In this document: in pieces, positions 16,373 to 25,230 of the stretch
How positions within the stretch are numbered: the first letter of the stretch is position 1
How the letters are laid out: every line of letters begins with the position of its first letter
Source of the DNA: a virus
DNA: 64,000 bases
Direction: 5' to 3' (one strand)
IMG/VR virus record: IMGVR_UViG_3300037427_004270
The notes under the pieces: model-generated
What the model saw: only the letters and a program-made list of their open reading frames with translations
What the model was told of the DNA's origin: nothing
The model's database searches: none
Program-made: the position numbers and the translations under genes

Positions 16373-19300
16373 TCTTTTTCAGCCTGCCCTTTCCATATCG
16401 CTTTTCCACTATACCACCAATGCCTGTGCGGTCGCCAACACCCCTAGTGCTCGGATCGTCCTTGATGCTTGTTTCTAGTAGGCCTCTTAACCCTATTTCG
16501 AGCACATCGCTCGGTATGGCCTGCACCTTTGCTGCGTCTTCCGCCTTGTCTATGGTCATGCTACCGGGGCCTAGACCATATGATTGAAATTTGCAGCCCA
16601 ATTGGGTTTCATATTTTCCAGAAGCATCAATACTATTCAGAATCTCAACAACACGGTAGTATCCGCCGAGGCCAATTCGAGCGGCGGCTGAATTGCTTTT
16701 ACCGAGAGATCCGACGCCGGCCATGCTGGGGTTGATAAAAAGCATCTGACCTCTGCTAAAGAATGGGTTCCCCACCATGTTAATAGTCGCATTATATGGC
16801 TTCCTGAGATAGACTGCTGCTGGTGAGGTGCTCTCTTCTGCTGCGGCCATGGCGTTTAGTACATTTGATTCTAGTTGCCCTGGAACATCTGCTTGTTCAA
16901 ACTCTATACTTTTTATTATTCCGGAATCTTGACCAACGAAAAAGTGAGGTATGCCTTTGGCCATATCGCTAGTGTAATTATAGAGCCTATTTTCTGGAAA
17001 ACGACACCTGGATGTTATCAGGTGATAGTTGGTCATCTTTCTTCCTACAATTTGAGTGTCGTAAGCTACGTTTTTTGGCATCTTGTCCTTTATAAGTTCT
17101 GATGTGTCGTCATCGACCAATATTCTCGAACTCCAAGTTGGGTGCTTTTCGGGGCCGTAAAGCTCGTGTCTGCCATTCATCAAGCCAAAGATGTCGGCGT
17201 CAGGATATCTTGAGGAGCGTTGCTTGTCATCAAGTAACATGAAAGTGTCCATCTCTGTTCCGAAATTTGCCCTGGGGAGTATCTGCCTGTATTCCCCAAC
17301 CTGAGAGTACGCATCATCAAGCATGCTCGAAAGCAAGCTGGAAACGAACTTGTCGAATGTCATAAATGGGTTTTTATTTTCTGTTATGTTTTTTTGTACC
17401 CACAAAAGTAAGTTATCAAAAGAAATTGGAAGGTCTGCCAGATTGTATATTCTGTCTTCCCTGTTTTTTCTCTTCTCTTGTTCAAAGATAGAGTTCTCTC
17501 CATCGGTCTTTTTCAAGACCACGTTCAAATCTGCATCTCGACTCGAATACTGTATGGTAAAGTCTGCTGTATCACCGATGACCCCCTTTGCCTCGTTTAC
17601 CACAACTGGACCCATGATAAACTTGTGCTCTCGCAAGGCCGCATCGTTCCCGTATGCTGTCATTAAAAAGGCGTCGAAGATGTCCCCAACAGTGACATAT
17701 CTGATATTGAGGTACTGTCCATCCTCTCTTCTTTCTGATCTAGTTTTTGAAATGTGAGCGAACAAGTCTGCAACAAAACCATCGATATCTTCAAGGCCGC
17801 TCGTCTTTGTAACTCCTCCGGCGACATTGACGCCTTGAATCTTCTCTAGCTTAGTATCTGAAAACTTACCGTCGATCTCGTCGAGATCTCTCATCTTTTC
17901 TATAAAGTTAGTAGTTGAGCGATATACAGCATCGCTGTGCTGTTGTATAAGCTCTATATCACCGTATGTATCTGCTCCCTCGATGGCATCCATGACCGGA
18001 TCATTATCGCCGATATAAACGGAAATCCAGTCGGCCATGTCTATCCTCCCGGTAGAGTCATCAGGAAAAGTGTTCTGGTATAAAGTTCCTGCCTCGTCAA
18101 CATCCACACGGTAATGTGGCAGTTCAGCGCCTTTGGGTTGTATTTTCCATACCTGTATAAAAGCTGTGTCAATTGTGTCGTCTTCGCCTGGCGTAAAGGT
18201 CACTATCGGCACGTTGGTTGACAACATAAGCATGTCTTTCAGGCGGCCAGTGGCGTCAACTTCGGGACTGGTCGTTTGGGCGATGCCTCTGCCAACGGTA
18301 CCGATAGCCTCCGAATACCTGTCATCAATACCGGGCTTGTGTCCAGCGACAACATATTGTTCGTAGTTATAGTCAGAAGCACTGAAGGCCCCGTGATCCA
18401 TGTATACAGCTCTGGCGCTTTTTTTTGGCACCCTTCTGGTCTTCACGATCTTTTGTTGGGAGAGAACATCTTGTTTTTGCACTTGGAATAATTTTATTCT
18501 GTTTAGAGACAGTAAGTTGTTAACAATCCACTTGCAGTTCATTGCTGACTCTGCTTCTCTCGCTCTGGCGTCGATATCAGTGCGATGCTCTTGTTCGTAC
18601 TTGGAGTAGATCTTTTTCATCTTCTCGTATGCTAACTTTGCTTCTTCGTTGTTAGCTAAAAGGTCAGAAGTAATGTTTCCAACGGCTGCCTCCAACATTC
18701 CTCCGGTGGCGCTGTTTTTTTCTCTAAGTTTTCTATGCTCTTCGTCAAAAGTTCTCTTATATCTCAAGAAAGCTTCTGCTTGTTTTTTGACTGCCTTATC
18801 TTCGCTCTTGCTAGCTTCGAATATTGCCTTCTCTACAACATTGGCTCTAATTTGGTCCCTAAACATGCCACTTTTTAAATTAGAGAACAGAGGATTTTGA
18901 GCAGCTGCGGCAAGGCTCGCTATGTAGCTCAATGTGAGAGAGATAGAGCCATCCTGGTTGAAGTTGATGTCGTGGTTTATGAGTGAAAGCTCAAAACGAA
19001 CACAAGTCCTCTTTATTTCTTCCAGCACCTCAGTGCCGATGGATTGATATATCTCATTGTTGGCCATGGCTCCCTCTGCAACATTCCAACCTACCTCTAC
19101 TAAAATTTTGTATTGGTTTTCGTCAACTTCTTCGCCTCTTCCTCTTTCCGGAGCAAAGAGTTCTTGAGCAGAGTACTTTCTTCCAACCTCATCGGTTCTT
19201 GTCACGAACAATTCATTTATGTTTTCCATTCGAAGTGTCAGGTCTGCAGCATAGGTTTGCAGTCTTTTGTCCGGGGTGTCTGTGATATCTCCGCTCAGTT

Positions 19301-19745
19301 TCCACTCGAACCTCTGGATGCCTATACCCGAGCCATTGAATGCCTCGCCATTCATTATTTTTCTCGGATCGTACCTGTTTGCTCCCGCCGTTGCTGGGTC
19401 GTCTTGACCTGAGCCCACAAAGCTGTCAAATGAAATTTCAGTGTACTCTCCGGACTTTAAGGTCTTCTTATAAAATCGCAGCTTAGGGGTAAACATAGCT
19501 AACTGATATGGTCGCAGATTAAGTATGGTGGAAAAGTTGTTTGAAAACATTTGATTGTGTAAAAAAACGGGGTCTTCGGTGGTCACGCAGGAAAAATGTT
19601 TATAACCTCTGCGGGTTGGGCGATGCAAAAGAGCCTCTTTAATAACTTCTTGCAAGTTAAGGAGCAAGACAGCCTGTTCTTTGGCGACCTCGGGCCTAAC
19701 TTTGTCCAATTCCTCTTGAGAAATTTGTTTTGGTGCATTTGTCAT
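16365..19745 (-). CDS. large baseplate hub-like protein
   Basis: 1126 aa after the TMP, tube initiator and LysM genes. The C-terminal YNATINMVGNPFFSRGQMLFINP...GGYYRVVEILNSI...YET pattern is typical of gp27/GpD-like hubs. Confidence 0.6.
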   Translation of the reverse strand: MTNAPKQISQEELDKVRPEVAKEQAVLLLNLQEVIKEALLHRPTRRGYKHFSCVTTEDPVFLHNQMFSNNFSTILNLRPYQLAMFTPKLRFYKKTLKSGEYTEISFDSFVGSGQDDPATAGANRYDPRKIMNGEAFNGSGIGIQRFEWKLSGDITDTPDKRLQTYAADLTLRMENINELFVTRTDEVGRKYSAQELFAPERGRGEEVDENQYKILVEVGWNVAEGAMANNEIYQSIGTEVLEEIKRTCVRFELSLINHDINFNQDGSISLTLSYIASLAAAAQNPLFSNLKSGMFRDQIRANVVEKAIFEASKSEDKAVKKQAEAFLRYKRTFDEEHRKLREKNSATGGMLEAAVGNITSDLLANNEEAKLAYEKMKKIYSKYEQEHRTDIDARAREAESAMNCKWIVNNLLSLNRIKLFQVQKQDVLSQQKIVKTRRVPKKSARAVYMDHGAFSASDYNYEQYVVAGHKPGIDDRYSEAIGTVGRGIAQTTSPEVDATGRLKDMLMLSTNVPIVTFTPGEDDTIDTAFIQVWKIQPKGAELPHYRVDVDEAGTLYQNTFPDDSTGRIDMADWISVYIGDNDPVMDAIEGADTYGDIELIQQHSDAVYRSTTNFIEKMRDLDEIDGKFSDTKLEKIQGVNVAGGVTKTSGLEDIDGFVADLFAHISKTRSERREDGQYLNIRYVTVGDIFDAFLMTAYGNDAALREHKFIMGPVVVNEAKGVIGDTADFTIQYSSRDADLNVVLKKTDGENSIFEQEKRKNREDRIYNLADLPISFDNLLLWVQKNITENKNPFMTFDKFVSSLLSSMLDDAYSQVGEYRQILPRANFGTEMDTFMLLDDKQRSSRYPDADIFGLMNGRHELYGPEKHPTWSSRILVDDDTSELIKDKMPKNVAYDTQIVGRKMTNYHLITSRCRFPENRLYNYTSDMAKGIPHFFVGQDSGIIKSIEFEQADVPGQLESNVLNAMAAAEESTSPAAVYLRKPYNATINMVGNPFFSRGQMLFINPSMAGVGSLGKSNSAAARIGLGGYYRVVEILNSIDASGKYETQLGCKFQSYGLGPGSMTIDKAEDAAKVQAIPSDVLEIGLRGLLETSIKDDPSTRGVGDRTGIGGIVEKRYGKGRLKKND

Positions 19746-19746
19746 C

Positions 19747-20088
19747 TTAGATATCCAATACCGCTAACAATCTAGACACAGGGCCTGGGATGTATATCTC
19801 ATCTCCTGCACTTGGGTGATGATCTGTCGGCTTTTGGTTAAACCACGCTATCACCCACCATAACCTAGAGTCACCATAATACTTGTGAGCCAATTTGTAA
19901 AACTTATCGCCGGTGCTCCAGTAATGTAGAGTAAAGTCTAAGTTCTCCATCATCTCGTCAGTCACTGGCTCTATCTTTGGTGAAGAGAAATGAGTAATCG
20001 CTCTATCTAAGTTCCTGGCCTCTCTTGGCTTTTTATAAAGACTTAGAGTATTGTTTAAAATTGCTTTGTTAAAGTTTCTCCGCGACAT
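19747..20088 (-). CDS. LysM-domain baseplate wedge protein (gp53/tail X-like)
   Basis: HYWSTGDKFYKLAHKYYGDSRLWWVIAWFN...GDEIYIP. Confidence 0.8.
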   Translation of the reverse strand: MSRRNFNKAILNNTLSLYKKPREARNLDRAITHFSSPKIEPVTDEMMENLDFTLHYWSTGDKFYKLAHKYYGDSRLWWVIAWFNQKPTDHHPSAGDEIYIPGPVSRLLAVLDI

Positions 20089-20097
20089 AACTTACTC

Positions 20098-20829
20098 CTA
20101 ATCAAATATTGGCTTCTTGTAGGGAAAAGCTTTTACTTGTGGTTTCTTTTCCGTTGTCCACCCCAGCTCGTGAGTGTGCAAGACAGTGAACTCACACTGA
20201 AGCTTTATTGTTTGCGGGAACAAATGATTTGTTCCTGACTTCTCAATGACGCCCTCTTCGAGTTCTGGTGTGTATGTGAAGCCGCTTATAACCCCCAAAA
20301 GGCCACTATCCTTAGCTGTTCCGATCTCTTTCCCTTCCTTGCTCGAATCTGTTATCAAGTTCATCATCTTCAACTTAAATATCGGTGGTGCAACAAGAGT
20401 GTTGGCAGATATGCTAGAGTTTCCTGGATCTACCTCTTCATAAACCGGATATAGCATCGACATTAAACGTGAACACTTCTGCAAGTTTCTTTCTGCATCT
20501 GCTTCGCCAAAAGATGGAACTGTCCACCCAAGGCTCATGATCCTTTGTGTACCTTGGAAGTTGACCAAGGGGTCCATCCTGCCAAAAACAGGTGTCCTTT
20601 CCCATTCTGACATATACTGATCTTCAAACATTGTTAAAAATGCCTTGAAATAAACAGACTTACCACTTGGCACATGAAAAATTTCAATGTACTGCTTTTT
20701 ATTTTGCGCTATTATGTCGGTTGGGTCCTGTCTGGTGCCCAAATGCTTAAAGGCCTCTTTGTGGGCCTCCTTTGGTGCCTTCTTGTCGTCTGACGTCTTG
20801 CTTGTTTTTCTATTTAAGTTCTTTACCAT
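20098..20829 (-). CDS. tail tube initiator / baseplate tube protein (gp48/54-like)
   Basis: F..FEDQYMSEW....FGRMDP..NFQGTQR.MSLGW tube-fold pattern; lies between the TMP and LysM genes. Confidence 0.65.
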   Translation of the reverse strand: MVKNLNRKTSKTSDDKKAPKEAHKEAFKHLGTRQDPTDIIAQNKKQYIEIFHVPSGKSVYFKAFLTMFEDQYMSEWERTPVFGRMDPLVNFQGTQRIMSLGWTVPSFGEADAERNLQKCSRLMSMLYPVYEEVDPGNSSISANTLVAPPIFKLKMMNLITDSSKEGKEIGTAKDSGLLGVISGFTYTPELEEGVIEKSGTNHLFPQTIKLQCEFTVLHTHELGWTTEKKPQVKAFPYKKPIFD

Positions 20830-20837
20830 ATTTCCCC

Positions 20838-23132
20838 CTAAGTAAAGCTAATCTTTGGGCCGTTTGCGCCAGCAGAGCCGGGCTTTAATGCGCTATTCAC
20901 AACGCTTCTAATACCTGCCGTCAACTTACCTGTATCATTCATCTCCAAGTTGCCGCCGACATCAAGCTTCAAGTTTATATTTTGTTGGGACATGGCCTGA
21001 TTAGCTGCTACAGTATCCGCAACCAAGCCAGCAAAGTTTGTCGCTGCTGGAGTTGTTTGTATTGGAACCATAGCCTCGCCTGATTGGGCTGTAATGTTAA
21101 CATCTTTACCTGTTCCATGCTTATGGCCAATGCCGCCGCCTTCGTGGAAAACAGCATCGGCGGCCATGCCGCCAAGTATAGAGCCAAGAAGAGCTCCACC
21201 AGGGACGGGGATCAAGGCACCGAGGGCACCGCCAAGAGCTGTGCCCAAAAAGACTCCCCAGTCTTTCGCTTCCGGTGTTTCGCCAGCTGCAAAGCTTGAC
21301 AACAAACCCAGGCCGCCCATCAACAAGCCGCCGAGTCCACCTCGGCCCATCTTGCCTAATTTGCCCATGCCTTTGCCGCCCTTTACGCCTCCGATGTCGC
21401 CACCAGACTTATCAGCAGCATTTAGCTGCGTGGCAGATTTAGCAGCTTGCAAAGTACTGGATGCCAGCGCCTTCATGCTGCCTGCTAATTTTGCAACTCC
21501 CATCGAGATAAGTCCGAGTGGCAGAACCATGCCCATCATTACCTTTCCGAATGTACCAGTTCCGTTTATTACCCAAGACACACCTTGTATAAGTTTGTTG
21601 AACATATCCATCACTGGGCCGAAAGCCACACCGAAGGACTTACCAAGCTCAGTTAAGCTGGACATTAGTGTTTGTGATTTATCTAACAACTCTTGGAACT
21701 GCTCTTGAGTTACTCCGTTTGGATCTCCGCCGTCAGGGAAAATACCTCCCTTGAAGGCTTTTTGAATCGTATCCACGTCTGTGCCGAGTATGTTTGCGAG
21801 ACTGTTCAGTTCGGTGAAGTTCATGTTGGTAACATCTTTTCCAGTGGCCTGCAACTGTCCCCTCAGCATATTCAGGGCACCGTTCATATCTCCTGTGGCT
21901 GCTCTCTTAAAGAGCTCCATTCCGTCAACACTGGTTCCGAACATTGCGTTAAGTTGTCCCGCTGCAGTAACCGAATCATTAAAGCTTCCCGCAAAACGCA
22001 GGCCAATGTTAGCTAACTCGTCAATGGAAGCACCTGTCGCTTTTGCTTGGCGCTCAAGGTTTGCGAAAATCTTTACGCTATCCCTACCAAAAGCCTGAAG
22101 CTTTGGCATCAACCTTCCTAAGTCTTGGCCGATCTCATCAATAGATGCGCCTGTCTCCATAGAGAGGCCGGCAATATCCATCGTAAGTTGAGCTGCTTCT
22201 TGTGATGTCATCTCAAATGCTGAAATGAAAGTGTTCATTGTGGCCGAGGCTACATCTACAGAGAGGCCCAGTTCGTTAAGTAGGCCAATGTTCTGAGCTA
22301 GGTTTGAAGATAGCAGTTCTCCTGCATCTTGTCCTGCTAACGCGCCAATGTTTGTCTTTAGCTCTTTCGCAGCGGAACCAAGGCTTTCCATGCCAACAAA
22401 AGTACCAATAGAGGAGTTATAGATATTATTTAATTGACTATTGAACTCTCCACCTGCAGAAGCAGCAAGATTAAACTGGGCTTTCATTGAGTCCAAGGCC
22501 AGCGACAAAGCTATAGATACTTCTGCGAACTTTTGAAACAATGACAAACCGACGGACAGTGGGTTCATCATCTCTTTGAAGCCGCCGGCCATGCCTGACA
22601 AGAAACTCTCTGTTCCTTCTTGGGTTGAAAAGACTTTTGCCATTCTTCCGACTACTGTGTTGTTGATATCTCTTTCTATACCGAGAATGCCAGACATAGT
22701 GTCAAGAGTGCTTTCTGCTGCCGCTTTTCCGTCCTCTCTCTGATCTCTCGTGTTTTTCTGTGAGGATAAAACAGCTGCTGATGCTTTGGCTTTTCCTGCT
22801 ATCAGATCTCTTTGTTTTCTAAGGTCTGCTATCTCTTCCTTACTTAGCTTTGACATAACCTCTCGGCTAGCCAACTGAGCGTCAAAAGCCTGAAGCTTTA
22901 ACTGTTCTTCTTGCAGTATCTTTTCGTTGTCCTGAAGTTGTTGGTCTGATATCTCTGCCTTTAGTTGTTGTACTTTTAGTTCGGCTTGAGAACGTTCGTA
23001 TGCCGTTGCCGCAGTATCGGCTATATCCTTTTGAATCTGTAGCTGTGCCTGCAATTGTGCTGTGTTTTGCTTATTGAGCTCAAATGCTTCTGCTATTTGT
23101 TCTTTTGTGGGTGGTGTGTTCTCTTCTGCCAA
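20838..23132 (-). CDS. tape measure protein
   Basis: 764 aa, helical and Ala/Gln-rich, with Gly-rich hydrophobic C-terminal segments; follows the tube and chaperone genes. Confidence 0.75.
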   Translation of the reverse strand: MAEENTPPTKEQIAEAFELNKQNTAQLQAQLQIQKDIADTAATAYERSQAELKVQQLKAEISDQQLQDNEKILQEEQLKLQAFDAQLASREVMSKLSKEEIADLRKQRDLIAGKAKASAAVLSSQKNTRDQREDGKAAAESTLDTMSGILGIERDINNTVVGRMAKVFSTQEGTESFLSGMAGGFKEMMNPLSVGLSLFQKFAEVSIALSLALDSMKAQFNLAASAGGEFNSQLNNIYNSSIGTFVGMESLGSAAKELKTNIGALAGQDAGELLSSNLAQNIGLLNELGLSVDVASATMNTFISAFEMTSQEAAQLTMDIAGLSMETGASIDEIGQDLGRLMPKLQAFGRDSVKIFANLERQAKATGASIDELANIGLRFAGSFNDSVTAAGQLNAMFGTSVDGMELFKRAATGDMNGALNMLRGQLQATGKDVTNMNFTELNSLANILGTDVDTIQKAFKGGIFPDGGDPNGVTQEQFQELLDKSQTLMSSLTELGKSFGVAFGPVMDMFNKLIQGVSWVINGTGTFGKVMMGMVLPLGLISMGVAKLAGSMKALASSTLQAAKSATQLNAADKSGGDIGGVKGGKGMGKLGKMGRGGLGGLLMGGLGLLSSFAAGETPEAKDWGVFLGTALGGALGALIPVPGGALLGSILGGMAADAVFHEGGGIGHKHGTGKDVNITAQSGEAMVPIQTTPAATNFAGLVADTVAANQAMSQQNINLKLDVGGNLEMNDTGKLTAGIRSVVNSALKPGSAGANGPKISFT

Positions 23133-23144
23133 TTCTTATAGCTC

Positions 23145-23468
23145 CTATTTGAAAGGCCAAGTAATGCCAGTAGAGCGTTCGAATTTATCTATGGCAGATT
23201 TAAGCTTGAACTTACTTCGATATGTTTGAGGGTTATCGAGGCCATATTTCTTATAATTTTGAAGATATCTCTTCTCTCTTCCCAAAACTCTTGAGAAGTC
23301 CTTTATTTGACTTTTCGTTCCCTTGATGGTCATTGGAACCCTTGGTCCACCGAACATATAGTTCATGATACTCTTGATACCGAAGCCAAATGATTTCAAC
23401 CAACTCTCGTTCATATCATCAGTTTTAGTTAAGTCAATTTCAATAGTTGTTAATTCTTCATTTTCCAT
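23145..23468 (-). CDS. hypothetical protein (tail region)
   Basis: 107-aa ORF with its own upstream ACTATTTAC motif and SD-like GAGG. Confidence 0.65.
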   Translation of the reverse strand: MENEELTTIEIDLTKTDDMNESWLKSFGFGIKSIMNYMFGGPRVPMTIKGTKSQIKDFSRVLGREKRYLQNYKKYGLDNPQTYRSKFKLKSAIDKFERSTGITWPFK

Positions 23469-23487
23469 AGCAAAACCCTCGTTCTAA

Positions 23488-23496
23488 GTAAATAGT
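23488..23496 (-). promoter_or_regulatory. putative late promoter motif ACTATTTAC
   Basis: Recurrent RCTAYTTAT-like motif upstream of structural genes. Confidence 0.5.
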
Positions 23497-23511
23497 CGCA
23501 TATTAAAAAAT

Positions 23512-23542
23512 AAAAGCCATGCTTTATCATCGCATGGCTTTT
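23512..23542 (-). terminator. intrinsic terminator overlapping the end of the frameshift-extension ORF
   Basis: AAAAGCCATGC-9 nt-GCATGGCTTTT followed by ATTTTTT. Confidence 0.7.
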
Positions 23543-23713
23543 TTCTTTTCTTCGTTCTCCATCTTTATTTGTTTCACCAGTCTGTCCAAAAACCATCTTC
23601 GCAATTGTACCGGCAAATTATATGCCTCGGAGAAGCTCCAATTTCCATAATATTTCAAGTGAAATATTTCTTCGTATACAGTTTCAGCATACTCAGAGTT
23701 CAGGCCAAAAAAA
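23527..23713 (-). CDS. tail assembly chaperone GT-like C-terminal extension reached by frameshift
   Basis: The frame FFGLNSEYAETVYEEIFHLKYYGNWSFSEAYNLPVQLRRWF has no ATG or SD of its own. It overlaps the upstream gene at a T7 run (23707-23713). Confidence 0.7.
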
Positions 23714-24553
23714 GTTGGCGGTAACAGGCACCTCCAGGGCCTGCTCATGACCGCACGAAGAGCATTGAAACTCTTGTGACATGTCAATATTTGGTGCTAG
23801 TAGTGGATAGATTTTCCTTAACAGACGAGAATCTCTGGCTGGCATCATCTCAACAAAAGATTCTACATCTTGTCTGGATGTCGAACCATTAACAGAGACA
23901 ATGATCGTCTTCAAGAGATCTGTCAAGTTTGTATCTGGAAGTTTGTGTTTCTTTTTGTTTGCTTTGTTCTGCTCTATAAGCTTTTCATCTTTACCGGTGA
24001 GCAGTCTGACTTTCACTGTTGCTTCTGAACGTGCCAGCTTTATAGAGTACGTTCCATCATTATTATATGATACCCCCTCTAAGCCGCTCAGAGCCTCTCC
24101 CTTCAACAAAGGCTTTGGGCCGCATGTTGACAGGTCGAAAGTGTGCTCCTGCATTTTAAGGCAAGCTGGGCACGTCACAGAGGTATCATAGTCCTCACCG
24201 TAACCAGTTATTCTTGCTGCAACGAATAGAGCGTTCTTATCGCCAACCAAAAGGTCGTTTACATTTACTGTTTTATCTAAGATAATATTCTGAAGCATTC
24301 TATCAAGGGCGATGCCTTTTCTAAGAAGACTTTCTGATGTTAATATATCTTCTTCCTTTGCTGTCATGTATTTTATTTCTACTGTTTCTTTTCCGCGCAA
24401 AGGATGTCCCTCTGGGTAGAACTCACCTCTTGATGGCAGGTCTACTATTTCAGTGGGAACGGAAAAGCTTAATTTGTCTTGTGTCTCAACAAGCGAAGGG
24501 GCATCCGCAGCATCGCTGGGAGCCCCCACTCTGTCTTCATTATTTCTCGCCAT
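23693..24553 (-). CDS. tail assembly chaperone / T4 gp26-like baseplate hub assembly protein
   Basis: VDLPSRGEFYP, YMTAKEEDILTS, LLVGDKNA, CPAC and CSSC zinc finger, ending FFWP. Confidence 0.75.
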   Translation of the reverse strand: MARNNEDRVGAPSDAADAPSLVETQDKLSFSVPTEIVDLPSRGEFYPEGHPLRGKETVEIKYMTAKEEDILTSESLLRKGIALDRMLQNIILDKTVNVNDLLVGDKNALFVAARITGYGEDYDTSVTCPACLKMQEHTFDLSTCGPKPLLKGEALSGLEGVSYNNDGTYSIKLARSEATVKVRLLTGKDEKLIEQNKANKKKHKLPDTNLTDLLKTIIVSVNGSTSRQDVESFVEMMPARDSRLLRKIYPLLAPNIDMSQEFQCSSCGHEQALEVPVTANFFWPEL

Positions 24554-24572
24554 TTAAACCTCTTAATAAATA

Positions 24573-25178
24573 TTAAGGCTTGAAGAATGCGTTTACACCG
24601 TCATAGTTGGTAACGCTATTTGCGTCGCCTCTGTTTGATGGCGTGTTTTCGCTTACAGCCGCATCACCTGCTGCTGCAGTCTTCAAGGTTGCATAATCAT
24701 ATCTTAACGTAAGTTCGAGATTTGTTAAGTCATCAGACTCATAATCTAGCGTTCCCCAGTTAATATCTTTAATGAATGCATTTCTCAAAGTCCATTCTTC
24801 TGTTGGCTGACCGTCAGCATCGATTTGAGTAATCTTTATTTCGCCCATAGCAGCAACTGACTTTTCCTTCGAAACACTTGTGGTGTCTCCTTGAGTTGGA
24901 ACGTCGTAACCGTGGTTGCGAAGCATATTAGCCAAAAGGCCTGCTGCGTTTGGAGAAACTGGGTCAACTAACGTAACTGAGAGCGGTTCCCATGTAACTC
25001 TTCCTGGGTAATAGAACGTATGGTTGAGGTATTGGTGTTGTGCCTCTCCCACTGTTGCTCTTGGCTTATCTGTTTTCTTGATAAGCCATTCGGTGTTTTT
25101 TCCGTCCATGCCACCGATAGACATGAGAAACCTATAATTTCTCTTAGGTGCGTTATCTTTACTTGCCCAAAATGTCAT
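24573..25178 (-). CDS. tail tube protein (gp19-like)
   Basis: PKRNYRF, YPGRVTWEPLSVTLVDP, WTLRNAFI.DINWGTLDY, LTLRYDYA; follows the sheath gene. Confidence 0.88.
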   Translation of the reverse strand: MTFWASKDNAPKRNYRFLMSIGGMDGKNTEWLIKKTDKPRATVGEAQHQYLNHTFYYPGRVTWEPLSVTLVDPVSPNAAGLLANMLRNHGYDVPTQGDTTSVSKEKSVAAMGEIKITQIDADGQPTEEWTLRNAFIKDINWGTLDYESDDLTNLELTLRYDYATLKTAAAGDAAVSENTPSNRGDANSVTNYDGVNAFFKP

Positions 25179-25230
25179 TTTGTAGTTCTCCTATAAAGTG
25201 TATTTATCTCTAACTAGGTCACTTCCTCGA

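Noticed and set aside
21094-21708. 204-aa Pro-rich plus-strand ORF
   Set aside because: It is the mirror of the Gly-rich tape measure segment (GGN read as NCC).
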